Assembly (NCBI GenBank): GCA_000004985.1
Contig: GG738879.1
Source: Naegleria gruberi
Taxonomy: Eukaryota
Length of the DNA stretch: 64,000 nt
Strand: one strand, 5' to 3'
Shown: one piece after another, positions 1-10,091 of the stretch
Numbering within the stretch: the first letter of the stretch is position 1
Layout of the letters: each line of letters begins with the position of its first letter
Translations under genes and position numbers: made by a program
Notes under the pieces: generated by a model
The model's database searches: none
Told to the model about the DNA's origin: nothing
The model's input: the letters and a program-made list of their open reading frames with translations, nothing else

Positions 1-28
1 AAGAAAATAACAAAATAACAATAAGAAA

Positions 29-244
29 ATGGTCTCAACAAGAAGAAATATGTATAATTCCTCCAATAACACTTCACAATTTAATTCCGAAATTTCTCTG
101 GATAATATTGTGGGTGGAACAAGAAAAAGAAATTCAATTGATTACAAAACATTGAATTCTATTGGAAGTGAAACAAGTAAAACTTCCAAATCTCAATCAC
201 ATAATACTTTAGAAATGAGAAACAAACAATTCAAAATGTGGTAA
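29..244 (+). CDS. Small ORF (71 aa, S/N/T-rich). Either a short protein or the last exon of a gene that starts upstream of the window.
   Basis: ATG at 29 sits in an A-rich context (aagaaaATGG). Codon usage matches neighbouring genes. No recognisable domain. Confidence 0.25.
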   Translation: MVSTRRNMYNSSNNTSQFNSEISLDNIVGGTRKRNSIDYKTLNSIGSETSKTSKSQSHNTLEMRNKQFKMW

Positions 245-700
245 TCTCCATTTTACTCAAATTTTGTAAAACCTAGGCAATCATTGTAAATAAATTGTAA
301 AATAGTAACTGGAAAGAACAATGCCAATCAATTTTTCAATCAAAAAAATTGCCAAGAAATGAAAAGTATCATGTGAAAAATATTTGGTCAATCGAGAAAA
401 ATAGAAACCTTTCAAAAATTCACCAAGTTCAACAATAGTTTAACAATACATCATAGTAGTTTCGGATCATCATCATTTTCTTCCAATTTTAATATAAATT
501 TTGATGAAATAACTGTTGAAAAAGATGATGATAATCCATCTGCTCTCTATTTGCACAGTTTAGTCTTGTTGGATTATTCGAATATTATTAACGAAAATAT
601 CAATGATTTACTCTTGTCGGCATCAGAGAGTGGATTCCAATTAATTGGCCATACTTAGAGGAAAATAGAAATATATAAACATTTCCAAATTTGTAGTGAA

Positions 701-1780
701 TTATTCATCTTGTGCAATAAGTGAAATATCACAAAGCTTCGAATTGTTGGCTATTCTCCAAAGAACTGGTTTCCATTCTCTTCCACTTTCTCTCAAACAT
801 TTAGAAATGAATGGAAACCTAGATTTCACTCCACTGAAAATCAAATCCTTAATCCCATTAACCTCCTCCTTATTTAGCAAATTAACAATGTGATACTCTG
901 TTTCGTGTTCCTCAAAAAATTCACTCATCATTGAATTAATGACCATTCTTTCGTTTTCATTTGAGATTCGTTTCAATTCTTCCCTCATTTCATGATTCTT
1001 CAAATTTTCATAAACAACTCCTCGTTTCAGTTTTGATTGCAAAATATCTGGTTTGGTGAATAGGACTATTATTCTACAATTTGGATTAAACTTTTGAAAT
1101 CTTTTACAAGCAGTAACAGTATAATTGAACTTTCGTTTTTCATATTCTAATTCAGTGTAGGGATTATCAAAATCTGAAAGTCCATAAAAAAAGAATAGGA
1201 AATGGACATTGTCAAAACAGGCGAATACTTTCTTCCATTCATTTCTGGATCCTCCAATTTCTATCATTTTGTATTTAAAGGAGTGATCAATTATTGGATT
1301 CGAATATAAAAAATCATGAACAATAAAACCTGTAGTCCTTTGCGAAGCATAAATTAAAGGATTTTCCAAACGATTATCAAAATTTCCATTCAATAAGTGT
1401 TCCATAAATAAGGTTAAATTTTCAAGTCTCCAAACATTGAAATACTTTTCCAATAAGATTCGTCTCATTTCGTCATGTTTCCAAATCCGTGTAAGCATCT
1501 CCCTAGGTCTTGGAATTCTATCAAATTGATTCAAATTCTTCAATCTTGCAAATTCTTCATCCATTGAACAAAACTCATCAAAATCTTCCATTCGTGATAA
1601 CAGAACATTACAACAAGCATCAATTTGATTCTCATCACGAATTGTTTCATTGATGAGTTGTCTGCTGAATGTACTTGCTCCGGATCCGGGAAAGAGCCAA
1701 ATGTTTAGTTCTTGTGTTTTGGAAGAGGTTGAACTTTCGTCAAGTTTCTTCTCAGTGTTTCTGCTTTGCTTTGAACCCAT
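701..1780 (-). CDS. Heterotrimeric G-protein alpha subunit paralogue with degenerate nucleotide-binding motifs (pseudo-G-alpha), 359 aa, single exon.
   Basis: Starts MGSKQSR, a myristoylation consensus (MGxxxS). The sequence aligns along its whole length to G-alpha-i/o:
- P-loop region ELNIWLFPGSGASTFSRQ (G-alpha-i has GAGESGKST)
- switch I QRTTGF
- switch II EIGGSRNEWKK (G-alpha-i has DVGGQRSERKK)
- LSDFD (LSDYD)
- VLFTKPD (FLNKKD)
ATG checked at 1780. Confidence 0.8.
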   Translation of the reverse strand: MGSKQSRNTEKKLDESSTSSKTQELNIWLFPGSGASTFSRQLINETIRDENQIDACCNVLLSRMEDFDEFCSMDEEFARLKNLNQFDRIPRPREMLTRIWKHDEMRRILLEKYFNVWRLENLTLFMEHLLNGNFDNRLENPLIYASQRTTGFIVHDFLYSNPIIDHSFKYKMIEIGGSRNEWKKVFACFDNVHFLFFFYGLSDFDNPYTELEYEKRKFNYTVTACKRFQKFNPNCRIIVLFTKPDILQSKLKRGVVYENLKNHEMREELKRISNENERMVINSMMSEFFEEHETEYHIVNLLNKEEVNGIKDLIFSGVKSRFPFISKCLRESGREWKPVLWRIANNSKLCDISLIAQDE

Positions 1781-1913
1781 TTTTTTCTTTAGAAATTCAA
1801 CAAGTTCATTAGCTGATCGTCATCATTTAACATTTATCCTAAACTATTCTTCTTCTTTATTCGAATGAATACTTGAACTCAATGTAGTTGACCAAAAATT
1901 AATCCCAAAAAAA

Positions 1914-3101
1914 ATGAGTAAACGATCAAGAACCCTTTCACGCGGATGTGAAGAAAATTTCCCCACAGAACCCAATCACAAGAAAATTTGCCCAATTTTT
2001 CATCAAATATTTTCGGATGATTCAATTTTTGAAATTCTTTCATTCATTGATCATGAGAAGGAAGGCAAATTTATTTTGATGAATTGTGCGTTGATTGCAA
2101 AGCAGTGGATGAATGTCATTTTGGAACGTTCTAGGTTGTCACTTGCCATTGAAATTGGAAATTTTAGTGAAATTGTGTCGTGTCGATTTTTACAAAATAT
2201 TGTCAAGTTTAGAGTGAGTATTGATAGAGATGAAAGTGATGGGAATTTTCAGGTTTTTGAAATGATGAAGCATTTGACTCATTTGGATATTCGAAATAAT
2301 GGTATTGGATATGAAGGTGCACAGTCAATTGGTAAAGTGATGCAGTTGACTAGACTTTGCATTGCTGGAAATAATATTGGAGAAAAGGGAGCAAAATCTA
2401 TAAGCCAATTGACACAATTGACCACTCTTGATGTATCATTTAATCAATTATGTGATTATGGAACTAAATTTATAAGTCAATTGTCTCGATTGACTGATCT
2501 CAATATTCGTGGAAATAGAATTACTGACAAGGGAGCTATTTTTCTGTCAGATTTAAAAGAATTGAGGTTTCTCAACATTAGCTCTAATACAATTCTCCTT
2601 GAGGGAATCAAATCCCTCACTAATTTAAAACAATTAACTCAACTCGATATCAGTTACAATAACATTTTACCTTCATATGCCCAAACAATTAGTGAAATGG
2701 ATCAATTGACCAATCTTAACTTGAGTTATAATGATTATGGTTGGGGAAGCGATAGCAATGGTGTGAGATATATATGTGAAATGAAAAATTTGAAAACTCT
2801 GACTTTCGGAGGTATCTGTATCCGACAATACATTTTCAACTACATCAAGGAAATGAAACAATTGGCTTGCCTTAATATAAGAAGTAGCTATATTGGCTCT
2901 TCTTCTGCCAAGTTGATATCAAGCATGAATCAATTGACAGAACTAGATATTAGCTATAATGAAATTGGTGATGTTGGAGCGAAACATATTAGTGAAATGG
3001 ACCAATTGACTTCTCTTAACGTTGAAGGTTGTAGAATTAATTCTGAAGGAACTGAATATCTTAAACAAATGAAACAATTAACATATCTCAACATTTCTTA
3101 G
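1914..3101 (+). CDS. F-box-like / leucine-rich repeat (RI-type LRR) protein, 395 aa.
   Basis: The N-terminus IFHQIF..ILSFID..ALIAKQW resembles an F-box. It is followed by at least 10 repeats of the form QLTxLDISYNxIGxxGAKxIS, which are ribonuclease-inhibitor-type LRRs. Confidence 0.7.
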   Translation: MSKRSRTLSRGCEENFPTEPNHKKICPIFHQIFSDDSIFEILSFIDHEKEGKFILMNCALIAKQWMNVILERSRLSLAIEIGNFSEIVSCRFLQNIVKFRVSIDRDESDGNFQVFEMMKHLTHLDIRNNGIGYEGAQSIGKVMQLTRLCIAGNNIGEKGAKSISQLTQLTTLDVSFNQLCDYGTKFISQLSRLTDLNIRGNRITDKGAIFLSDLKELRFLNISSNTILLEGIKSLTNLKQLTQLDISYNNILPSYAQTISEMDQLTNLNLSYNDYGWGSDSNGVRYICEMKNLKTLTFGGICIRQYIFNYIKEMKQLACLNIRSSYIGSSSAKLISSMNQLTELDISYNEIGDVGAKHISEMDQLTSLNVEGCRINSEGTEYLKQMKQLTYLNIS

Positions 3102-3269
3102 ACACACACAAATTAAATAAACAAAAATCAACTTGTCAAAATTTTATTAAAACAAGAAAAATTTTATTGATAATTGACAGGGAAGTAGTTCCGTATTTCT
3201 GATCAGTGTGTTACAAATGGATAAATTGTTTTGATGAACAAGCAACATTATCCAAAACTCTGATAACTA

Positions 3270-5069
3270 TTACTGAACTTTCCTTTGTTCCCCACCTCTC
3301 TTTATAATTTGATCAAGTTGGATTTGATGTTTCCAACATGGCATATAGTACAAGTGGTCAAAAAGTGGATTTACAGCGGCTGAATTTGATGTGGCAGGAG
3401 AAGATGGTGAACTGGATTGTAATTGTATGCTAGCTCTAGGTGTAAACATTCCATCGGTTGAATTGAAATTGGTTTTGGAATTTTCTCTCTTCTTCTTTAA
3501 TTGATACTTCCAGTTCTTTGAACATTTGTTAATTGGATATCCAATATCTTCTCTAGACAAAACATCTTCAGTTGATGTGACACTATCTGTATGTGTTTGA
3601 CCTGATGAAATATTTTTAAGTGAGAGCGATGATAATGAGCTGGCATTTCTCATCTCTTCCTCGAAAGCAATAGGATCCCATGTTAATAAATCAGGCTTCT
3701 TCTTTTTCATTGATTCCACAACAAAGTTATATTGTAAAACTTCTTGTGCACTCATGGTAATAATAGGTGTATCACAAGCACTTTGTTCATCAAACAATGG
3801 ATTGAATAAAAAGTTGGTATAGTAAATATCTGGCCCTTCCTTTTTGAGATCATCAATAGAAGAATTATCAAACATTGGATCCTCAGTTGCAACAGAAACG
3901 CTACCTCCATACCAAGTGGCGATTTCCAATGGACGAAGTGGTCTAATAACATCAGATCCTCTATCCATCTTTTTATCCATCATTAATTGTTCGGGTGTGA
4001 GTAATTTCAATCTGTTGCCCAAATCTTTAACAACACTCTTAACACCCTTTTGTTCTGGAATATCGTTCATACTCTTAGAAGCTTGATGTGGAGAACCAGT
4101 TGTTGCAGTAGTTCCTGTGTTTACAATAGTACTATGACTTTTGGCAGCCGTAACAAGTTTTGAACCGAATTCAGAGTTTGTTGAATTGATATTCTTATTC
4201 TCTGGTGTTGTTGTTGTTGTTGTACCATTGGTGGTGACTGCTGATGAGGTTGAAGTGGTTGTTGAAGTGTTAGTAGTAGTAATTGCATCACTAGTCTTTT
4301 CCTCTGGCTTATTAATACTTCTAACTCTACGTTTTGGAGTAGTTGGTGCTTCAGTGGTTGTTGGAGTAGTAGCTGTTGTTGTTGTTGTCGTATTCCTCTG
4401 TAACCATCTATCTGCAACATTAGTTCTTGGAGTAGTTGGAGTGTTAGTAGCAGTAGTACTTGTGGTAGTAGTGGTAGTAGTCGTAGTATTATTATTATTC
4501 ACTTCATTGCTTGATGTTGTTGAAGCTCCATTTGTGTTATTATTATTATTATTACTCGATATATTATTGTTATTAATAGTAGTAGAATTATTTTCATCTG
4601 GTGCAGTAGTAGTATTATTATTATTATCATTGGAAGGAGTTGATACAGGTACAGCAGCCTCGCCAACAGGACGTTTCACAATCACTCTCCTCACAACTAC
4701 CTTCTTGGCTCCTGTTGTTGTTGTTCCATTGGTGGTGGAGGTTGTCGAATTGGCACTCTCCGTTGATGAGGAGACATCGGGTGTATTATTGCTTTCTGTC
4801 GATGATGATGTTTGTTGTTGATCTACTGTAGAGGTAGAAGATGCGTTGTTGTTATCAAAAGTGGTGCCGTTGTGCGTTGTTGAGTTATTGTTGTTGGTGG
4901 TGGTAGTGGAAGCAGATTTTGATGAGAGCACACGAACAACACGAGAAGGACGGATTGGAGGTGAGGCAGTCGAGTTGTTGCCTCCAACAGTTGGAGAGTC
5001 GACAGAGTTGTTGTTGCCTCCTGTTGTTGTTACATTGCTCACCTTTCTGACAATGGTTGGAGTGGACAT
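3270..5069 (-). CDS. Low-complexity N/T/S-rich protein (599 aa) with a non-repetitive C-terminal region; function unknown.
   Basis: ATG at 5069. Long poly-T, poly-N and poly-S tracts. The C-terminal roughly 200 aa are non-repetitive (YGGSVSVATEDPMFD...LLTWDPIAFEE). Confidence 0.55.
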   Translation of the reverse strand: MSTPTIVRKVSNVTTTGGNNNSVDSPTVGGNNSTASPPIRPSRVVRVLSSKSASTTTTNNNNSTTHNGTTFDNNNASSTSTVDQQQTSSSTESNNTPDVSSSTESANSTTSTTNGTTTTGAKKVVVRRVIVKRPVGEAAVPVSTPSNDNNNNTTTAPDENNSTTINNNNISSNNNNNNTNGASTTSSNEVNNNNTTTTTTTTTSTTATNTPTTPRTNVADRWLQRNTTTTTTATTPTTTEAPTTPKRRVRSINKPEEKTSDAITTTNTSTTTSTSSAVTTNGTTTTTTPENKNINSTNSEFGSKLVTAAKSHSTIVNTGTTATTGSPHQASKSMNDIPEQKGVKSVVKDLGNRLKLLTPEQLMMDKKMDRGSDVIRPLRPLEIATWYGGSVSVATEDPMFDNSSIDDLKKEGPDIYYTNFLFNPLFDEQSACDTPIITMSAQEVLQYNFVVESMKKKKPDLLTWDPIAFEEEMRNASSLSSLSLKNISSGQTHTDSVTSTEDVLSREDIGYPINKCSKNWKYQLKKKRENSKTNFNSTDGMFTPRASIQLQSSSPSSPATSNSAAVNPLFDHLYYMPCWKHQIQLDQIIKRGGEQRKVQ

Positions 5070-5640
5070 GATGGTATACAGAGTGATCCAGTTTGAATTG
5101 TAGATTTGGGTGATGAAAATACTCTCTTTTGGTTTGGTTATTTAATAGTGAGAGAGAGGATATTGTGGTGGAAGTGGTATTTGGTGTTGTTGGGTAGGAG
5201 TTTCAATGAGCGAATTTTTTTTAAAAGTGGCAACTGACAAGTTGAATGCAAGCCAGAAACAAAAGCCTTTTCGAATTAAAAAAGTCGGGAACCGGATTGA
5301 TCACAGTGTTGTTGAAAGGCTATTGAAAATAAGTGTTGATTCTCATAATAATTGTTATCTGATCGCGTACAGAATTTAAAAGAGTCTGAAAGATGGTGGA
5401 AAAATTTTATACAAAATTCGAAATATTCACCTCAATGGTGTGATATGATTGTTGTGTTTGTATTTTGTTCAGTTTTTTGGGAAGATTGATCAACTGTTCC
5501 ACTGCACGTTGGTTATAATTATTAGTGTCGTATTTTCGCGCCAATTCTTAAAATGCATAGTACAAACATTTTTGGGTTTATTTTCGCTCATTTGAAAAAA
5601 CATCAGAACGCATCAAGGAAACTTGGTTTGTGTTCATCAA

Positions 5641-5790
5641 ATAATACCTCACCTCAATAATTTTTATGACAATTGATAAAATTGAGGACAATGATATCGG
5701 AATGAATTTATTCTCCTATTAATTGAGGACAAAGTTATTGGAATGAATTGTTTCAAATTTATTTAAATTGAGGTACCAACAACATAACCC
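5641..5790. repeat. Two and a half degenerate direct repeats (~30 nt) copying the 3' end of the C2-domain gene into its 3' flank.
   Basis: The copies are aattgaggacaatgatatcggaatgaatt, aattgaggacaaagttattggaatgaatt and aattgaggtaccaacaac. The last of these encodes the C-terminal GTSI* on the minus strand. Confidence 0.45.
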
Positions 5791-7300
5791 ACTTTTTCAT
5801 CAATTGATTTAACTCTCACTCTGACTTCCTTGGTAAAGTTAGCACCCTTCAAGAGAGCAGTATTGACTGCATTGGATTCACTTGAGAAATCTTTTGGTCC
5901 ATAATTATTGGTTAAGGTGCCTTTTGGTAATAATCCCATGCTGACAAAACATGTGGCAACCAATTCGGAACAGAACAATTCTGATTCATCATTGGTTTCA
6001 TTGGATTTGAAAACAACACTGACCAATTGCTTACGAGAGGTTTCGTAAATGGCATCTCTAATCTTGATTAAGTGTTCATCCAATTCAGGGAATCTCTCCT
6101 CGTTTGATTCATCAATTGGTCTGATTGGATATTGTGGTAATTGTAATTGTCTGACAACGAGAATGTCATTGACAGAACCATTCATTACATTGTTGACCCA
6201 TTGTCTTAAACCCACCAATTGAGAACCACCACCAAGTTTTCCATCCAAATTAGAAGTGTCAGATTCGACAATGTAGACAGATTCTCTATCACTTGCAGCA
6301 TCAGTCCAGAGACCATACTTTTTGAGGACTTGTTCAGAAGGATTTCTCAACACGAAGGAAATGTGAGACCAAGTGGAGGCATAGGCTAATTGAATGGCCT
6401 TTGAGAAAGCTTCACGACCAGATGACAAGATAATATCACCTGTTCTAAGTTGGTCATATAATTCTTCCAAATAGACAACTCCAAAGAGTCTGTCTAATCT
6501 TTGAGATTCCTCAGTTGTAATGGTTCCAGTGGCAATTGACTTTAATGATCTACCACGATGATCAAATGAGGTAACAGTACCTCTCTCATCAGTGTAATCA
6601 TCGAGGAAATTTTCCAACTTGGCTTGTGGAATACCCAATGACTGTTCTCCTTCCTTAACAAAACCAGTCTTGATATTAAAATCTACAGCAGTGATACCAA
6701 CTTTGATGCTACCCTTTGGAACTCCTTGTAATTTCAATTCCATATCAAATGTATCTCCTTGAATCAAGTAGAGAACTGACAAGCTGACAGCTGCATAACC
6801 CATCTTTCTGTCTTTGAATGCTCTGTTGTGGTCATAGAGCTTGAAGATAACCAAGATCTCTTCAGCTGTAATATCATCAACAATAAATTCAAAAGTTTCA
6901 TTCCAAAGAGGATTGAGAGTATTTTCCAATCTAGTTGAAGTTTTTGTTTGCTTTTCAATGGTAATTTCACAATAAGGATCAGAGAGATCTAAATGAATTG
7001 TGAAAAATGTTAAACATATGAATTGTAGAATTATTAAATGAGATGTGAAATGTCATCATGATGAATATACTTACCAGTGCTAGACCATAAGGAAGTGTCA
7101 GCATTGATGAGATCCTTTCCTTCGTACAAATGAACTTTAACAGTAGAAGGTTTCACACAAGAAATGGTGTCATCTCTCTTGAAAACAGATTTGATTTGCT
7201 TGTTTGTGGAAATAATTTGGCTAGAAGAAGCAGCACCTTCTTCGATATTGGTAGTAGTAACAGCATCAACAACTGAAGTGGTATTTGGTTCAGCAGACAT
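5763..7300 (-). CDS. C2-domain protein, two exons, about 483 aa.
   Basis: Exons on the minus strand are 7300..7075 and 6988..5763, separated by an 86-nt GTAAGT...TTTAG intron at 7074..6989. Phases were checked. The C2 signature spans the junction: VKVHLYEGKDLINAD...SDPYCEITIE...NPLWNETFEF. The C-terminal roughly 330 aa are of unknown function. The track's 'M' at 6929 is a TTG. Confidence 0.7.
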
Positions 7301-7629
7301 CTTGTTTAAACAATTTTTTATATTGTAATAATAATTTAACTGTGAAAATAATGTTGATTTAAATGAAAGACATGTCACTGACATGTCATGTGAAACAAAA
7401 TAGACAGAAGGTGACTCTTTGGAAGCCAACTTGAAAAAATCCATTTCTGATTTAAAAACCACTTTTGATTTGAGTGGTTGACGTATTTCTCGTGGTATGG
7501 CTTTGTCCTACTTGATCAGTTAATGATAAGCTGAAGACAAGTGATGTATTACACTTATTAAACATTCGACAATCAGATTTTCTCATAGATTTTACGCGAC
7601 GGCAGGGTGAAAATCAACACACAAACAAA

Positions 7630-10002
7630 ATGAAAAGACTATCACCCCTTCTCTGTTTGGTGTTTGTTATTGTCTGGGTCAATTCAGCTCTTGCAAATAG
7701 TTCTTCTTCTTTCCTTTTATTCGAAACTAGCATGAATGTAAAGCAGCTTAATGCATTAAAATCGGATGTTGTTTCTCACGGTTATGATTATTTGACCATG
7801 TTCATATGGAAGAGCAGCATAAACAAGTTTGATTGGTCATCATCAGAAGAGCAATATAACTTTACTACTTTATACCAACATTCGGCTGATTTCTCCTACT
7901 TGGAGCAGAGATTATCAAACAATATGCTTGCTCAGGTGAAACGTGTGGTTTCGTCGACGAGGTCCAAATCACTCCAATCCGTGATCCCATTGGGAGTAAA
8001 ATCTCTGACACAATCGTCTTCAAGCTCCACCTTTTCCATTGGTATTGATTCTGCAGTTTCTGATGAATTTTCTAATTTTGCCTCTTTCAACAATGTTAGA
8101 GTTGATGCCAACTCTTTACTATTTTCAATGAATTTGCAAATGTGTAGATTAACAAATGTCTATGAAGATTATGATGTCATGATTACAACAATGAGTCAAT
8201 TTGTTAATAATATTAGGTATTATAGAGAGGGAAGTGGAAAGAAAAAGTCAGCTTCTGAATATATCAATACTAGTGACTTTTATATTGTACCACTTGTCCC
8301 ATTCTCAGTGGTGGTCAACTCTGATTCAATTCAATCGATAAGTGTTCATTCAGTTTCTAGTAATCCAATATCAGGAAGTGATCAACTTGAAAAATTGAAG
8401 AATTCTGGACAGGCCCTCTATGTCATTAATAATGAAAAGGAATGTTTCAGTAATCAACTTTATTTTGGAGATCAATCGGATAAGAATTCTTTATTGATGT
8501 TGACAAGAATGGGACAATTAACAAGTAGAGATCAATCTTATTTAAATACGAAATTTGGAAGTTCTATAATTTCATACAATACATCATTGTACAATTCTCT
8601 GATGGATACTTTACAAAAAGATTACAAAAATATTAGAAATGGATGGACTATGAACGAAACTATTTCATCACTTTTGACATCATCTTGTCATCCTTGTTCA
8701 ACAACCTATTGTATTACTTTTAATGATAATGATTATTGGATTATTCCTCATTTTGTCATTTGTATTTTATACTTTAGTTATTTGTTTTTATCAAGATATT
8801 TCAAGAGGCCTGCAATTTCTAGAAGATTACTCGTGCCAATAATTCCTTTCCTCGAATGTGTTATTTCTGAAATTGCTTTTATGAACTTTTGGGATCCAAT
8901 CTGTAATAGAATATTTTGGTACATTTGTATGTTTGTCAATTGCTTCTCTGCTCTTCTCTACGTTTTTACCTTTGTTAGATTTTACTATTTGAAGAATTTG
9001 CACTTTTTCATGACGAGGGTGCAGAAGGAATCTCACATCAAGTTATTGAAATATCTTGGAAGTGCTTCCTTTGGACTCTGGGTAACACCACTGGCCAGTT
9101 TTATCATTACTCTATTGTTGACAGCTCATGGTTTGCCAATGTTTGCAATTCCTACCTATTCTGTCCATGAGGAGAGTATAATTTTTTATGTGGTGGTCGT
9201 TTTGTGTGCTGGTGCTATTGTTCTAATTGTGGACGTTATTGTGAATAGAAAGTATATTAAGGCAAAGGGAATTAGAAGTTTTCTACTCTTTGATGATCCA
9301 TTTTACTTGAGAATTGATATGATAGCTGTGGTATGTGCCTTAGTTGCCATCATTGTCTATATTATACTCAAGTTGGCTGCCACAGATGCTTTATCACCAG
9401 CAGTTATTGGAATTCCAAGATTTGTTGCCAATGTTTTTGTAATTTTGTTCTGTGGAGGCAATGCCTTAATTGGTGAAACTTGGAAAGATATCAAATATAG
9501 AAAGCAAAATAAGGATTTGAATGAGAATGATGAAAACTTAAATCGTTCAGTACTTCTTCAAACATATTTACAAAATGCCGATTTTCATGAATTATTCAAA
9601 CATTATTGTGAAAAAGAATTTTCTGGTGAGAATATGAATCTTTTCGATGAATTGGAGAAATTGAGATCTAATGGAAATAAGGAACTCAAATTGGAAATAA
9701 TCGCCAGGATTGAAAGAGATTTCATTCATCCCCAATCCAGATACAGTGTCAATATTAGTGCTGAGGCAAATAATAATTTCTATGGACTACTCAAGACAGT
9801 GAAAAACAAAAATAGTGACAATGTCAGTGTCACCTCAGGAACCAGTAATGGAGATAGTGTTAAGGTTGAGCAAATGGTGAAAATTCTCTCTGACGACATT
9901 TCCACCAACATGTACGATACCTTTACAAGATTTTGCAGGAGTAACGAATATGTCAAGTGGAAACATGTTTACGATCTTCAAAAGGCACAGGACAGATTCT
10001 AA
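7630..10002 (+). CDS. Seven-transmembrane receptor with a large N-terminal ectodomain and a C-terminal RGS domain (7TM-RGS), 790 aa.
   Basis: - Signal peptide MKRLSPLLCLVFVIVWVNSALA.
- An N-terminal region of about 350 aa with many N-glyc sequons.
- Seven hydrophobic helices, for example YWIIPHFVICILYFSYLFL and IIFYVVVVLCAGAIVLIVDVIV.
- A C-terminal RGS signature: FHELFKHYCEKEFSGENMNLFDELEKLR...IIARIERDFI. Confidence 0.8.
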   Translation: MKRLSPLLCLVFVIVWVNSALANSSSSFLLFETSMNVKQLNALKSDVVSHGYDYLTMFIWKSSINKFDWSSSEEQYNFTTLYQHSADFSYLEQRLSNNMLAQVKRVVSSTRSKSLQSVIPLGVKSLTQSSSSSTFSIGIDSAVSDEFSNFASFNNVRVDANSLLFSMNLQMCRLTNVYEDYDVMITTMSQFVNNIRYYREGSGKKKSASEYINTSDFYIVPLVPFSVVVNSDSIQSISVHSVSSNPISGSDQLEKLKNSGQALYVINNEKECFSNQLYFGDQSDKNSLLMLTRMGQLTSRDQSYLNTKFGSSIISYNTSLYNSLMDTLQKDYKNIRNGWTMNETISSLLTSSCHPCSTTYCITFNDNDYWIIPHFVICILYFSYLFLSRYFKRPAISRRLLVPIIPFLECVISEIAFMNFWDPICNRIFWYICMFVNCFSALLYVFTFVRFYYLKNLHFFMTRVQKESHIKLLKYLGSASFGLWVTPLASFIITLLLTAHGLPMFAIPTYSVHEESIIFYVVVVLCAGAIVLIVDVIVNRKYIKAKGIRSFLLFDDPFYLRIDMIAVVCALVAIIVYIILKLAATDALSPAVIGIPRFVANVFVILFCGGNALIGETWKDIKYRKQNKDLNENDENLNRSVLLQTYLQNADFHELFKHYCEKEFSGENMNLFDELEKLRSNGNKELKLEIIARIERDFIHPQSRYSVNISAEANNNFYGLLKTVKNKNSDNVSVTSGTSNGDSVKVEQMVKILSDDISTNMYDTFTRFCRSNEYVKWKHVYDLQKAQDRF

Positions 10003-10091
10003 ACAAATCGTACGTCCATAAGGATGTACTATTATTTAAATTATTATTTTTTAATAATATAATACTTTACAATTTTACAAGTTTGAAAAAA

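Noticed and set aside
4141-4821. 226-aa Val/Leu-rich ORF on the + strand, with neighbours at 3844-4086, 4640-4831 and 4846-5103.
   Set aside because: These are mirror-image ORFs antisense to the poly-T/N/S tracts of the 3270-5069 gene. Their composition is extreme (VVVVV), there is no start context, and they are nested entirely within a better gene.
5763-6929. Track ORFs beginning with 'M' at 6929, 23666, 17951, 19258, 20642, 26504, 27354, 35497, 38910, 43160 and 9957.
   Set aside because: Checking the bases shows these are TTG/GTG/CTG codons (bacterial-style alternative starts). For a eukaryote I relocated starts to the first suitable ATG, or joined them to upstream exons.
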